Positions 38,682 through 52,257 of a stretch of DNA of 64,000 nt are shown piece after piece. Source of the DNA: Gordius albopunctatus. Taxonomy: Eukaryota. Position 1 is the stretch's first letter, and each line of letters begins with the position of its first letter. The stretch is taken from NCBI GenBank assembly GCA_964276515.1, contig OZ193909.1, forward strand, positions 248,001 to 312,000. The letters run 5' to 3'. The position numbers and the translations under genes are program-made. The notes under the pieces were generated by a model. The model saw only the letters and a program-made list of their open reading frames with translations, had not been told where the DNA came from and made no database searches.

Positions 38682-41600
38682 CTAAATTATGGTTTTATTG
38701 TGTGATTTGAGGAATCGTATTTTATAGCTTATGTTCCAAAATAGGACACAATATACAACTGCCATGTAAAAAAATAGGTAAATTAAATTGCTGACCATTG
38801 AGTCGAAGCTACTGTACATACATAATCCGATAAAGTAGAGCATAACATTAATGTATAAACGACGCCTTAAATCGACTGCTTCTTTAAAAGAGGGTGGAAA
38901 GGAAGGAAGCCTGATTGTATAAAACAAGCAAATTAGAAGCAGGGCTACTTCGTAGGTAATCACTATGCCTGCCAAAATTTTATCTTGAGCATGTATTGAA
39001 CAATATGTCTCCAAAACTAAACTATTATTCCGCTCCTTCTCAACTTGTGCCGGTTTCCCCCATTCCATAATGACAATGACAAGATTTATGATCATCTTAA
39101 ATAAAATGCATATGTAATTTATTTTCATTAAACTTTTTAATTGGTAGTGTAAATATTTAAAGATGAGAAAAATGTTAAATTACTTGAATCATACACAGAA
39201 TGGCGATTGACGAGTATACCCTTTTTTCTGAACTCTTCACTTGATTTCTTGTTTTAGAAGCTTTCAATTTGTCTGAAATAAGGACTATTTTCGCCAACGT
39301 AGTAGCGTATATCAGTGTAAACGATAGTAAAAATAAATATTTCCCTATACCACATCTGATAGAAGTCGGTTTAGCAGTTACAAGTAACGTGGCTATGAGG
39401 GCCAAAAATAGACCACAATAAAGGAGATAGAACATGGGCCTAACTTCTGCATTATAAAGGGCGTGGTGATAAAATAATACGTAACTGATCGCTATTAGAA
39501 TTAACAGGGTTAAAGCAATGGCAGACAACAGTTTAAGAACAATCATGGCTCCGCTGTAAAGGGTCAAATAAACTGTTTCAATAGGGTCACATCCATCTCC
39601 CGAAAGGTTAGGCTCTTTGCCAAATGGGCATTCGATACACATGCTCGTTGTTCGCTCGTCAGAACGAAAATATTGTCTGGCACCACAAGTGATACAAAGC
39701 CAACAACACGGTTTTTCGCTATCTATTTTAAATTCATGAGAAGCACAAGGTTTGCTACAAAATGATGGCGGGGCTTCTCTAGAGCCATTAAAGACATATT
39801 GTCGCCACTTAAATTTGTCCAAAATAATCAATCGATTTGTTTGAATTTCGTATTTTCCGACACGAACCATACGAATATCACCAGATGATTTATTTAAAAC
39901 CAAGTTTCCAATTCGCAAATCATGTCTCACCGTCTGCTGAGCATCAAAACTAAAATTGCCCCCTCTACCCAAAAATGATACATTCAGTAAGTATTTGTAA
40001 AATAAACTATGCACCCAACTACTTAATCTTCTATTACTGAGACATATGTTTGTTGTGTTAATTTGACACCATGGTGATGATAACATATTTTCGAAAGCAA
40101 TAACCAACGCTGAAACTGCATCTATTATATAAGGAATCCGATCGTCTAATTCTAAAAAGCTTTCGTACATGCTAGAATTTAGACTTTTCAGATAGCGAAT
40201 CCATGGTTCAGCTGTAGTCATATTTATATTAGAAATTTGGCGATATAACCATAATGAATAGTCTGTAACGTTATACTTATATCGAAATATTGTTATTGCC
40301 CCTGACGACATTTCAGCTAAGCCTTCATGTTCTAATTTCTCCTCTTCAGGCCAATTGTCTACTCCAATAAAAATTAGATTGTGTCGGTTTCCAGCAATAT
40401 CTTTGATGTAATGCAACACAGATATGCATTGTTCATTTGTCAAAAACACCATAGTTACTAAAGGTCTACCAATGGAAAGAATCTCTTTAAAAAAATTTGT
40501 GACTTCTTTCTTTTTTAAAAATTGGTTGGTCAAATGCATAGGCACTTTTAATTCCAAAACAACGCAAGCTTTTAATTTGCTAAGTTCATAACGTACCTTT
40601 TTAGCACTAAATTCATTATGTCTATATCCACTATATATGATAGCATATGAATTCCATTCGAAATATTCCATGACTTTAACTATTCCGTTCACAAGGTAGG
40701 TTTGTGACATTATAAGACGAAACATATGCGTCCACCTAAAAGAAATATTAAAAATGTATTAAAATACTAAATATACCTAGGGTGGAATATGTACTCGGCG
40801 GTTGCTTCCGGACTTAAATGGGGAATTTCGAAATGGGTGAAATAACTTGTGACCAAGGACATTTCGATGCTGTAAAATGGTCCGATGACGCCTATCATAT
40901 TTTTATTTTTCATAAATCGGCGCAGCAATATTGATTGAATCTTTTTAAACAAAACATAATTTAAGTGTTGGTCCCAAAATAACACAATTTAAGGCTTGTG
41001 ACCAATAAATTATTTATAAGCATTGACAATTTTAGGTAAAAAATAGATTAAGACAGAAAAGAGAGAATGGATGTAAAAAGTCATAATACGCCTAAGCCTT
41101 AGATATATTTCTTTAGGAATGAATATATATAAATGGGTTTGTAAAAGTTAAGGATTGCTTAAGGCCGGAATTGCAAAGAACGTCCTATTATGGTTTGCAC
41201 AATCTGTCTAACTGTTGCTAACTCGTCTTCCCATTAATAAAAACAAAGTTGGGTGGTATATCCACAAAAAGCTATAGTTAATTTTCTAGCACATTCTAAG
41301 CGAGATTATAGGTATATATAAGGCCAAAAACCCAACCCATTTTTATGGTGCCTATGTAATAATGTGATTATTATTATCTTCTTCAAGATATTAAAAAAAC
41401 CACGATTTATTAATTAATTTTTGATATAACAATAATTAACTTTATGTTTTGTAAAGCATGATTGCTTAAATAAATAAGGTGATCTACCAATGCAGTGCCG
41501 GGATTCATACACGTCGGTAGTATGGCATATCCAAGAGTTAGGTTGTATGATTCCATGAGGCGCTTATTATATATATCGATAGCATATATCATGGCGTACG

Positions 41601-41859
41601 CCTTGGAAATCATGTAGGCATCCAATATATTGCTACAACGTACATTGAGAATATTGGTTGGAGTGTACACTTGAAATAATCCACCAATGTTTATGTCACC
41701 GATCCTAATAGCGAACGTTTCAGGAAAATTTATTAGGGGCGATCTTACGGAATTAGCTTTTTCATAATCATTTATTTCTTCAATATGATAAATGTCCTCT
41801 TGGTTGAGAATTAAATGGATATGACACGCGAATAATATTATGATAAACTTTATATTCAT
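38682..41859 (-). CDS. Class C GPCR, copy B, about 833 aa
   Basis: Exons 41859-41488, 40940-40777, 40735-39184 and 39095-38682. Same intron positions and same exon 2/3 lengths (164 and 1552 nt) as copy A. Confidence 0.9.
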
Positions 41860-43645
41860 TTTAAAATGATGGATTTTTTTTGAATAAACATAGCAACTAT
41901 TTTATCAAAGGTCATATATCGTTATTGGTTTTGTTTCCTGCCAGCCAGTCATCTCCTCCAAATTATAAGACACATTATTTGTCCTCAACCACCATCTATT
42001 CTATCCGTAAGGGGTTGTTTTAATTAAAATTAATCAGGGCGCCCATTGTGACTGACTAAGAATCGGAATTGGATAACACAAGGATTATTTATTTAACATA
42101 TGTACCCTTCATTTTCATATTCGAAGGCCTTCAAGTGCCGCCAAATATTAATTAGATGATACCCAATATCATATAAATCTAATATATATATAGGTGGATA
42201 TTTTTAATTTAAGTTCATCGTCGATTATATCTCGCACTTATTATTATAATTAACTGTTTAAGTCAATGTTTCAGCTAATGCAAATTCATACTTTGAAAGG
42301 TTTAAATATATTAACAAAAAATACAATTATAATGGATCTTAATTGCTTGATTTAGAAAATAGAGGAAAATATTAAAATAACCATTTTTTAGATCATATGA
42401 ACTTCTTTGAGGCATCAGTCAATGGGTCTGCGGCGGTTAAATGTCTAATATTTTTTTTGGATATTTTAAAAGTTTAATTTAATATTTTAATTAAAAGTGC
42501 TAAATTTTAATAGTTTTGTTTCATTTTTAAGTTTTTATTCAATGGAATTAAATCATATATTTAGGATGAAAAGGATTTTGGTTATGTTTTATTTGAAGGA
42601 CCTAACTCTCGATGATATAAAATTGAGGTAGTATATAATGGAAAATAATATAAATGTAAAAAACAAATTTTGTCCATTGTACTAGGGTGGGGAGGGTGAT
42701 AATAATTAGGAATAAATTGTATGCATTAGCGTTGTTGATTTTTTTTACTTTTAACATGCTTTTATTACATATATTATGGAATTTATAAAAAGATACAACA
42801 ACAAAAATTTTTATAAAAAAATGATTAAAAGGTATTATCCGTTTCTTCATTCTCTATAAGAATGGGCATTGAATGCATCGGGGAATAAAAATTGTATTTA
42901 GCTATCGCAATGGCGATTGATTGTCTTAGTAGAAAGCTATTCGATATTTATGAAGGAAGCGAACGTTTATTAAGTTTTTTAAAAAAATTTGGAGCGCTCT
43001 TCCCAAACGTACCTGAGCACAACGTCGCATAGGCCTAGTTTTATAGCTAAATTTAATCTAACCAGTTTTCCGGATTTTACATTACAGTTAGCACGTGGTT
43101 GTTAGTTATACATGTATTGACAATAATTCGTAAACACCCAGTAAGTTTATATATATCTAATGATGACACATTCGAGTCTCTATGACAAAAGAATATAACA
43201 AGAGTCGGTTTGCGCCGCATCCATCTATAGGTCCTCAAAATATGGACATCATCATAATATCACTCAAGCAGACCCCTCGAGGGGCCGGTACAACACTTAC
43301 TTGACTACAATAACCTGTGTATACGTAAATAAGATGTTGATATTTGGTAATTCGTTGGTAAATTGTGAATGACTCTTTAATATTTGTAATAGTTACATAT
43401 TGATCTAGATGACAAGAAACAAAATCTGCAAGGAATAAACACAATATTTCAAATATATAAATCTCCAGGCTAACCTTAAAATTATCTTAGACGTTAAAAT
43501 ATTATTATCTTAAGCACATAATGTAAAAATCGGGAGGTAGATATTGACATTCTATGTATATCTAGAAGGTCACACACATTTCCTTTTATTCAAAGTTCAA
43601 CAAAAATTAACAAAAAATATCTATTAGAATGGGAAGAGGTGGATG

Positions 43646-46600
43646 CTACTGGGCACTGAGTGATTTTTGGTGAGCATTCCAAGACGCATTTTGAAGTGCT
43701 TTCACAGCCTTTAATGGATCCTCTGATTCGTAAATGTCTCTACCAACTATAACAACGTCTGTTCCCCGTTTTAATATAGCATGTTCGGGACTATTATAAC
43801 TCTGACCCAGATCGTCACTTCTCTTTTCCCCGTCCCCTTCGTCGCACAACATCTTGATACCTGGAATAGGGCGAGAATTATATCACAAATTAACAATGAG
43901 GCGGCTAGATATATAAAAGCATCGGAGCCCGTTAAACATATAACTAGGCCATAACGATAGATAGTGTTGCAAAAAGGGCTGGGTTTTGTTAGGTGGACCT
44001 TCGGATTTGGTCGACGAAACATAAACGGGCCAAAGATTTTTTGGCCTTTTTACGTTTAGGCGACGAAAACCAAAGGTCGACCAAATGAAACCCACCCATT
44101 TTTGCAACACTAAGAAGATCAATGTATTTGTACTTGGCGCCCGATGATTCACTTCAACTCTCTCTCTCCCGCTCAGGGAGGAGGAGACGACAGATTAATT
44201 GTACAACTTGTCTCGCAGAGTAAAAACTTGGGGCTAAATACTTTATGTAAAAAAGATTGCGGGTGTTAGTTATTTGCTGGGAATTGGAGAGACTGCTCAT
44301 GGTATATTTATTGAATGAAGCACTTTCTCCAAAGATTTTCTACATAAATTCACAACAAACTATACAAGGTAAACAATACACTAAAAGTTAAATAGGCACC
44401 ATCATTATTTCTAATAAATTGTTTTACCGCAGATTTTTATTTTTCAAACAAAGATTTATTATTCAAAATGATATCTTTGTTTGATTTTTAACTTTTAATT
44501 TACAAAATTACTACAATATATTACATCCCCTTATTGTGCATATTTCAAGATGGCGGAAAAAACCTTTTAACGTTGATTAGCACCTGCATTATCGACTTAG
44601 ATAATGATGAGGCAAATGCTAAAATAATATACGTAGTGCCACCTACCGGGTGTGAAATGGAGTAAGGCTGGATCATTGGACAAACGCTTTTGACAAACCA
44701 AACCAATCACAAAATCTTTATAACTCTCCGCCAATTTCCAAGCTCCTGATAGAAACATACAAGAAGACTAATTTTAATCACCGAGCAACAAAAAATTGGA
44801 AAGTTAAAGCAAAACAGCAAAATACATCATTGCATTGTGCTTGTCACGCGTCAAGTCATACATTCATAATTCCTCAGTTTTTATGCCGGAAGTGGCAATT
44901 ATAAAAATTGCTTAAATTCAATGGGCATAACAGGAAGGAGAGCAAGAATTAGAGTGGAAGTAAAAATTAATGTGTGGGTAATATAAAAATCTTAAACAGA
45001 ATTCTTAATCGACTAATAACATCTCAACTATAAATCAAGTTGTCGGGGGGGGGGGGGCGGGAGAGATAAAGTGATGTTCTGACCTTCTGTGTATTCTGGA
45101 GTAAAGTGATTGTCTTGGCCACTCATTTCGGCCACAATTATGCAGCCCCGTTCCTTCTTGTCCACACTCGCCTGCTTCGCATAAAAACAAATATGTTTTC
45201 TGTTTTGCTTTTATAATTCTATTCTAAATTTGCAAATAATAAAGACGCCTCCCTTAATATCTACATTTTCCCTCAATTCTTAACCTATAAATTAACTGCC
45301 ATAAAATACTTTATAAAAAGAAGAAATATAAAATGATTTAGCAAGTGGATATCATGAAACATAAGGTTAAAGTTCAAACGTCAGGTTTATATATTTGAAA
45401 ACCCAAAGCGCCACTGTAGTAATGTTGGGACATATCCCCAAACAAGGTAGCAAAATTTTAACAAAATTACTTCAAATATTTATCATAAGTGCAAAATTTA
45501 TCGATAAATCTGCGAGAAACTTAAATGCAAAGTAACATGCTTATAGGTTGTCATGAATGAATGAATCAATCACCTGTTTCAAGGCTTCGATGGCCCATTT
45601 GCCTGCGAGGGCGTGTATGGTCACTATGTCAGCCCATTCTGCTATTTTATACATACCTCCCTCGTATTGACATTTCAAAATATAACCTATATCTGCAAAT
45701 TTTCTATGCATAACAAAAAATAAAATTATATATTTATAATACAAGTTGGACAAGACAGGACAACCAAATGTGAGCCTATAAATTGCATAGCAATTAATTG
45801 GTAATACAAATTAAGGATAAACAATTTATGGTGAGCAAAGAAAAATAAATTGGGATTTCCACATTAAATTAATTAGGTTATTAAAAATTTTACCTGTCCT
45901 CCATTATTAAAAAAGAATGCTTTTTGGCAAGAGATAGCAATTTCTGAATAAAACTAGAAAAAATATAAAACTTATAAGTAAATGTTAGGTTTTTGAAGGT
46001 AATGCATAATATTTTACCTTGGTGAAAAATCTTGCAATATGTCAATATGAGTTTTGATACAACAAACATGAGGGCCAACTAAATCTACCATCTTTTTTTA
46101 TAAGCAATAGATAAAAAATTAAATGAGTTGATTATAACTAAATATGTACATCTAACAGTTTGGATGAGTTTTTAATATCTGCAGAAAATATAAGATTTGA
46201 ACTTTTGCTCTCCATTATTTTTGTAAGTTTCTTTGTAACTAGGTTTTCTGTTAACTGTTCACGTTCCAAAAATGGTACCCTCTAAATAATTATTGCATTT
46301 AAATTTAGATCAAAAATACTTTAATTTCTACAGATTTAAAATTTTTGTTTATCATTTTATTGTATGTTTCACACAATTCAGGAGTAATCTTATTGTGTTT
46401 TAAAAGTGTATCCATGATTTGTGATATTGTGAGTAATCTATAAACAATTTAAAAACATAATTAATTAGTACCAATCCTTTTTATATGTTAATCTTTTATT
46501 AATAAATAGTAAGGGTGTTAATTAATTATTCACATTAACAAAGGTGTTAAAATTTTACCGATGAGGTCTTAAACCTTTAGATATTAGATTTTGGGTTCCA

Positions 46601-47193
46601 CTTCCTTCTCTATCTATCACAAAAACCACATCTTTTACATTTAAACCATTTTCAATAAGAGCCTTACAAGGGTTTAGGAAGTTATTATTGAAAAAACATA
46701 ATATTTAAAGGAAATTTTAATACTTGTGCTGTTTCAAGAATGCTTATCCCAGTTGTTACTACATCCTCTATAATTAAACATTTTTGACCTTTTTCATAGA
46801 TGCCTTCAATAAGCTTTTTAGTTCCATATTTTTTCACTTCACTACGTTTAAATATCATTGGTATCTCATAATCTAAACTTATTGACTACAATAATGAATT
46901 ATAAAGATTTAAAAGTTACTGTAGCAAATGGTAAAGCAGTATAAGGAACGCCACAAATGCAGTCATATTTAATCTTATCCTTTATTATATTAAGATAAAT
47001 TGTTTGTGAAATTTTCTTCTAAAATACAAATGATTTAATAAATTTAAATAAAATATACTAATAATAATGGGTGCCCTATGAGAATTCTAAGATCTATATA
47101 GAAAGGAGATACTAGACCACCTTTTAAAACAAATTCTCCAAACTTTATCACACCGATTTCAAATAGCTGGATGCTGATGTCTTCCAAATTCAT
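43646..47193 (-). CDS. UMPS: UMP synthase (OPRTase + OMP decarboxylase), multi-exon
   Basis: [74 protein letters not shown] and DVVIVGR motifs. Confidence 0.95.
43962..44112. mobile_element. Palindromic MITE in the last UMPS intron
   Basis: Perfect 14-bp TIR TAGTGTTGCAAAAA; imperfect complementarity continues to the centre. Confidence 0.75.
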
Positions 47194-47397
47194 GTCGGAA
47201 AAAAGGAAAATTTTGAATTCACAGATGATTTTGATTAATAACTAATTCGTAACATTGTGTATTAATAGGTGTTTAATTGCTAAAAGAGAATAAAATACGT
47301 TGGCAATAAATAAGATTTTAAATTATAAAATTTTAGCATTAAAATATTTTGTTTATTGTGTAAAAAATTTGGGCAGCAATAAATATTTGAAGTTAAA

Positions 47398-47737
47398 TTT
47401 TTTTTCCTTTAGCTGTTTGTCACACTAAGTGGTCAGCTCTTTCAGGTAGGTTCTCCATGTATTCATGCACTTACACCAGCTTCGCTTTAGCTCGAACCTT
47501 CTCGAGTCCCTATCTATTTTATTTTCCATGTTAGTTTAGGCCTCCCTCTCTTTCACTTACCTTCGACTTGCACTTTCTTGATACGATTTGCCAGATGACT
47601 TTAGTCTCGTTTCTCCAAATGGCCATACTATCTCAATCTTCTTACCACCAACTTTCTTTTAATCGGAACTAAATTAATTTTATCCTTTATTTATTGGTCC
47701 GTTATATGGTTCTTTTTGCTTATTCTCAAGATCTATC
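47398..47737 (-). mobile_element. RTE family 1, 3' fragment
   Basis: Reverse complement of about 3345-3685, including the A-tail. Confidence 0.85.
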
Positions 47738-47909
47738 TGTAGAGGATTTCTACTTTATTAATATATAAATGAAATATAATCTCTATCCTTAAACATTAGT
47801 TTATATACCATTGTATCGAGGTTAATATGAATAACATTATTAAATCGCCGTAAGATATTTGAATTAGAATGAGTGTGAATAGAGTAAGAAGAAGTGTGAA
47901 TAGAGTGAT
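47738..47909 (+). mobile_element. Probable partial 5' LTR of Gypsy element B
   Basis: Begins TGTAGAGGAT, like the LTRs at 48530 and 11033, exactly where RTE similarity stops. Confidence 0.5.
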
Positions 47910-47917
47910 ATCCAAAT

Positions 47918-50587
47918 TGCGGGCCGGGCCGGACCGGGCTTTAGGTTTGAAAAAATAAACAGGCCGGGTCTGTACGGCCGTTCAATTTCCTAACAGGCTC
48001 GGGCCGGGCCTAGATTAAACTGAGGCCCGCTAAAGCCCGTTGCAAAATAGTATTAACATCATTCGGATTTTCTCTAAATGATATTTTTAAAATTACATTT
48101 GTTTCAGTTCAAGGGATCAATATCGTAAGTGCTCTACAAAATTATAGACGACTGGACTGTAAGGCTCGCCAGAAAAATAATATCATTAAAGGGGCTTTTA
48201 ATGAATTATTTTTGGAAGAAAATGCTCCAGATGTCTTGAACATGATAAATGACACTAAAACTCTAGTACGTTACTTTAAGCAAAGTGGCTTAAATAGAAA
48301 TCTAAGCCATTGTTTATATCAAAATGTAGCTGTTGGGTTGAATTCTAAATTGAATCTTTTGGAAAGTGTTAATAATATGTTAGATGAAGTTGAAGAGATT
48401 TTAACAAAAAGGAATGAAGCCTTTATGTTGGTTAATATAAACAAACCTTTGCTAAAATCTACAATTGAGTTATTGAGGTCTTTTAAAGAAGCAAGCACAC
48501 AATTAGAGGCGGACTCAAAATCCACTATGTGTAGAGGATAATTGACGAAGTGTAACTTACGCTTAAGTTCTATTATACTGGTGGAGTAAAAGACATAGAA
48601 CATGTGTTATGCGTTTTCACTATTGGGGATTGTAATAATTTGCATACTGTAGTTTTATCGCATATATTTTAGTTCTTATCGCGTCTCGTCTCGTGTGTGT
48701 TGTAAAGTGCATGGAGATATAATAAAGTTGAATCAAACGATCGCAACATTGGCGCTGCGAGAACCTACCGGGAAATTAGTCTGAGGATATTATTCTGGAT
48801 TTACATTATGGATTTATTCCGGTTATCCGATGCGATCGAAACATTCCTAATTCAATTCGAAGCCAACGCCAAGGCACAATCAGGGACGTTATCGGATACC
48901 CAGAAAACGTGCAGATTCCTAAGTTCGTTATCGGCGGAGGCGTTTAAGGTTATCGCGGACGACGCGTACCCGGATAACCCTACCGAATGGACTTTCGTGG
49001 AAGCGACCAAGAGGGCAAGAAAGGTATTTAAAGGGAAAACCTGCCCGCTTGCGCAGAGATTGACTGCGGGTTCCAGCCTGGAGAATTATCGGCCAGGATG
49101 CTCGATGAGCTGATTCTAGGACTTCACGATCCAACGGTGCAAGCTGTGTTCATGGCCGAGAGGGATCTGAAATGGGACAAGGCCGTGGAGATCGCCCTAG
49201 GTTGGGAGGCAATCGGCAAGGACCTGAGGACAATGCACCAGCCAGTTGACGAGACATTTGCGGTCGACGCGACGAGGACGGGCCCTAATATGACTATTGA
49301 TGTATTTGTTAACACCTTAATAACTTTTCTTATGGACACGGGATCCACCGTTACAATCGTACCGGCCAACTTGTGGAAGGAACGCTTACCCGTGCAAACA
49401 AACTCGAGACCTGCCATGTATGCGTTTGGCGGCAAGGAGATAAAGATTATCGGGGACGTAACAGCCGAGGTCCGGGTAGGTCTGAACCGAAAGCGCCTGG
49501 TGGCGGATGTGAAGGGACCGCCGTTACTCGGGACAAACTGGATAAAGGAGTTCGGAAAGGACGTATGGGAACTAGCCCGATGTAGTTCGCGAGCCGTCAT
49601 GGAGCAATACGTTGTGAATTTCGTCGAGGAGAAGGTCCCAAAAGAGCCGAGACCTAGCGATCCGGTGAGTATCGGGATGCAATATAGTCAAATACCTCCC
49701 TTCGGTGCGGGCCCAATGGGTAGGCCACCCGGTATCTGGATTTTTCCACCCGTCTTAATGCCGGGCCCAGTTATCTCATATAATAAAGTTGAATCAAACG
49801 ATCGCAACACTATGCCTTATGTATTTTTATGGAAATTGAAATTAATTAATATGATGAAAAATGATGGATTTTCGGACAATCAAATTAGAAATATTAAAAA
49901 TGAAATTAAAGAATTGATTAATAAAAAATATACCATTCATTCCTTTCATAGAATGGCTACAGCGCTTCACACCAAATTCAAACACATGAAAATGGCTACT
50001 ACTCAAGAGAAAAGGGAAACTTATGAAGAAATAAAAAGTCTTATAGATCTCGATGATTTTACTCAATCAGTTAGTTCTTCCGAGAATACAGAAAATGACA
50101 ATATTATGTCTCAAGGTAAGATTTTAAATTTTAAGACAAAATTTTAGTAATATTTTAGCTAAAAAATATAAATGCGTATTTTTGGAATGGGAGGATAATG
50201 AAAGCATACCTTCATCAACAAATGAATTTAATCAATATCTTAAAGAATATGTAGATCCTGAATGTTTTGATCTTATAAAATGGTGGAAAGCCAAAGAAGC
50301 GAAGTAAATGTTATTAATATTAATTTAACCTTAAATTAGGTATCCAAAACTATCTCATTTAGCATATAAAGTTTTATGTATTCCTGCCACAAGTGCCACT
50401 AGTGAAAGAAATTTTTCAACTGCAGGTCGATTGATTGAAGAAAGAAGAACTCGCTTGAGACCCGAGATAATTGATGATTTATTATTTTTACATGATTATT
50501 ATTAATATTTGTAATATATAGATATATTGATTCAATTAACTAGCGGGCCGGGCCGACTGACCTAAACAGGCCCGTTGCAGGTCTCTA
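47918..50587 (+). mobile_element. hAT DNA transposon, internally deleted
   Basis: GGGCC-rich subterminal repeats and 3' end CCCGTTGCAGGTCTCTA. Transposase with introns 50116-50158 and 50304-50339, ending LIKWWK...YPKLSHLAYKVLCIPATSATSERNFS (stop 50505). Possible TSD ATCCAAAT / ATCAAAAT (7/8 match). Confidence 0.85.
48530..49809 (+). mobile_element. Deleted Gypsy element C inside the hAT transposase
   Basis: 5' LTR 48530-48748, PBS TGGCGCTGCGAG, gag/protease (DTGS), last 32 bp of the 3' LTR (49778-49809) and TSD CTATG (48525-48529 / 49810-49814). Confidence 0.9.
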
Positions 50588-50595
50588 ATCAAAAT

Positions 50596-52257
50596 CATTG
50601 TATTTCTAGACGGTACGGAAAAACCTATAGCCTACGCTTCACGCACGTTAAGCGAATCCGAAAAGCGTTACTCAACGATTGATCGGGAAGCTAGAGCGAT
50701 CGTCTATGGTGTCGAAAAATTTAATCAATATTTACGGGGACGGAAATTCACGTTAATGACGGATCATAAGCCCTTAGAGCGATTGTTTGGAAATAATCGC
50801 GATTTACCTAAAGTGGTCAATAACAGATTAGTTCGATGGGCATTATTTTTAAATACGTATCAATATGAAATTAGATACAGATCGGGTAAATCAAACCAAT
50901 GCGCAGATGCCTTATCAAGACTCCCAAATCCTACAAATAATGACACCAAACACATAAATAACATAAGTCTATTAATGTTGGATGATTTGAAACTAGATCA
51001 CAACACATTAAGAAACTCGATCAAACATGATTCGTTTTGCTGCGAATTAATTTCGTCAATTAAACGGGAATGGCGACTCGATTTAAAAAAATGTCGATTT
51101 GATTTACGACATTATTATAATCGTAGAGATGAATTATCATTCGAGGACGGATTATTATGTTGTGGAAATCGTTTGATTATACCGAATAAACTCCGAAGGC
51201 TTGTTTTAAAGATATTACATCAAGGGCATCCAGGGATTTCGGGAATGTTAAGTTTGGCAAGATATTATGTTTGGTGGCCTGGGTTGGCCAAAGATATTGA
51301 ATATTTTGTAAAAGGGTGTGACGGCTGCCAAGAAGTACGACCAGCCGAGACAGAAGTACCTCTATATTCGTGGTCCTTACCAGAACGAAATTGGGACAGA
51401 GTGCATATTGATATAGCAGGACCAATAGAAGGAAATTACTGGCTAGTATTGGTTGATGCCTTATCAAAATGGGTAGAAGTCGCCACGTTGACATCTATTA
51501 AAGGACCACAAATCATTCGCCAGTTACGGTATTGGTTTTGTAGGTTTGGTATTCCATCACAAATTGTATCCGATAATGGACCTCAATTTGTTGGTGGTGA
51601 ATTCGCTAAATTTTGCTCAAACAATAACATTAAGCATATATTCTCTTCACCTTATCACCCGAAAACAAATGGATTAGCAGAACGAACAATTCGGACATTA
51701 AAATCTAGATATTATGCTGCAAGGAAAGAAGTTAGGGATAAGGAAATCTGTCTACTACAAATACTACTGACCTATCGAAATACGCCTCATAATACTACAG
51801 GTAAAGCCCCATCAGAAATTCTAATGGGAAAAAGATTAAGGACGGCGATAGATTTAATTCGATTTGATCCTAGGGATAAATGGAGAGAAAGAGTGGCAAA
51901 GCAAAAATTTTATCATGATCGTAAAATTAAAATTCGGGAATTCAGGTCGGGCGATCTTGTATGGATTAAAAATGAAATAAAAACCGGTTGGTATAAAGGC
52001 GTAATTGTTGAACGAAAAGGGGAACATTCTTATAGTGTACGAACTGATAATGGTTTCCGTAGAAAACACGCGGATCAATTAAGATCTAGATATAGGTCTG
52101 GAGTTATACCAACGACAGAGAATAGAACCGATGTTAGTAACATACCGAATATGCAACCGGAGGTTCAATTAGAAGCTACTACTTTAAGAAGGTCAAATAG
52201 AAGACCGATACCGCCTTTACGGTATCACGATGAGTACGATCTTTAAGATAAGGGGAA
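50596..52257 (+). mobile_element. Gypsy element B, RNaseH-integrase half with PPT
   Basis: EKPIAYASRTL, TDHKPL, HQGHPG..C..C, VSDNGPQF and NGLAER motifs; stop 52246; purine tract AAGGGGAA; no 3' LTR visible. Confidence 0.9.

Noticed and set aside
43100..43440. Possible solo LTR between GPCR B and UMPS
   Set aside because: No TG..CA boundary pair with a matching TSD was found.
52243..52252. R2-type 28S rDNA target site
   Set aside because: Only TTAAG is shared with the R2 target and there is no rDNA around it.
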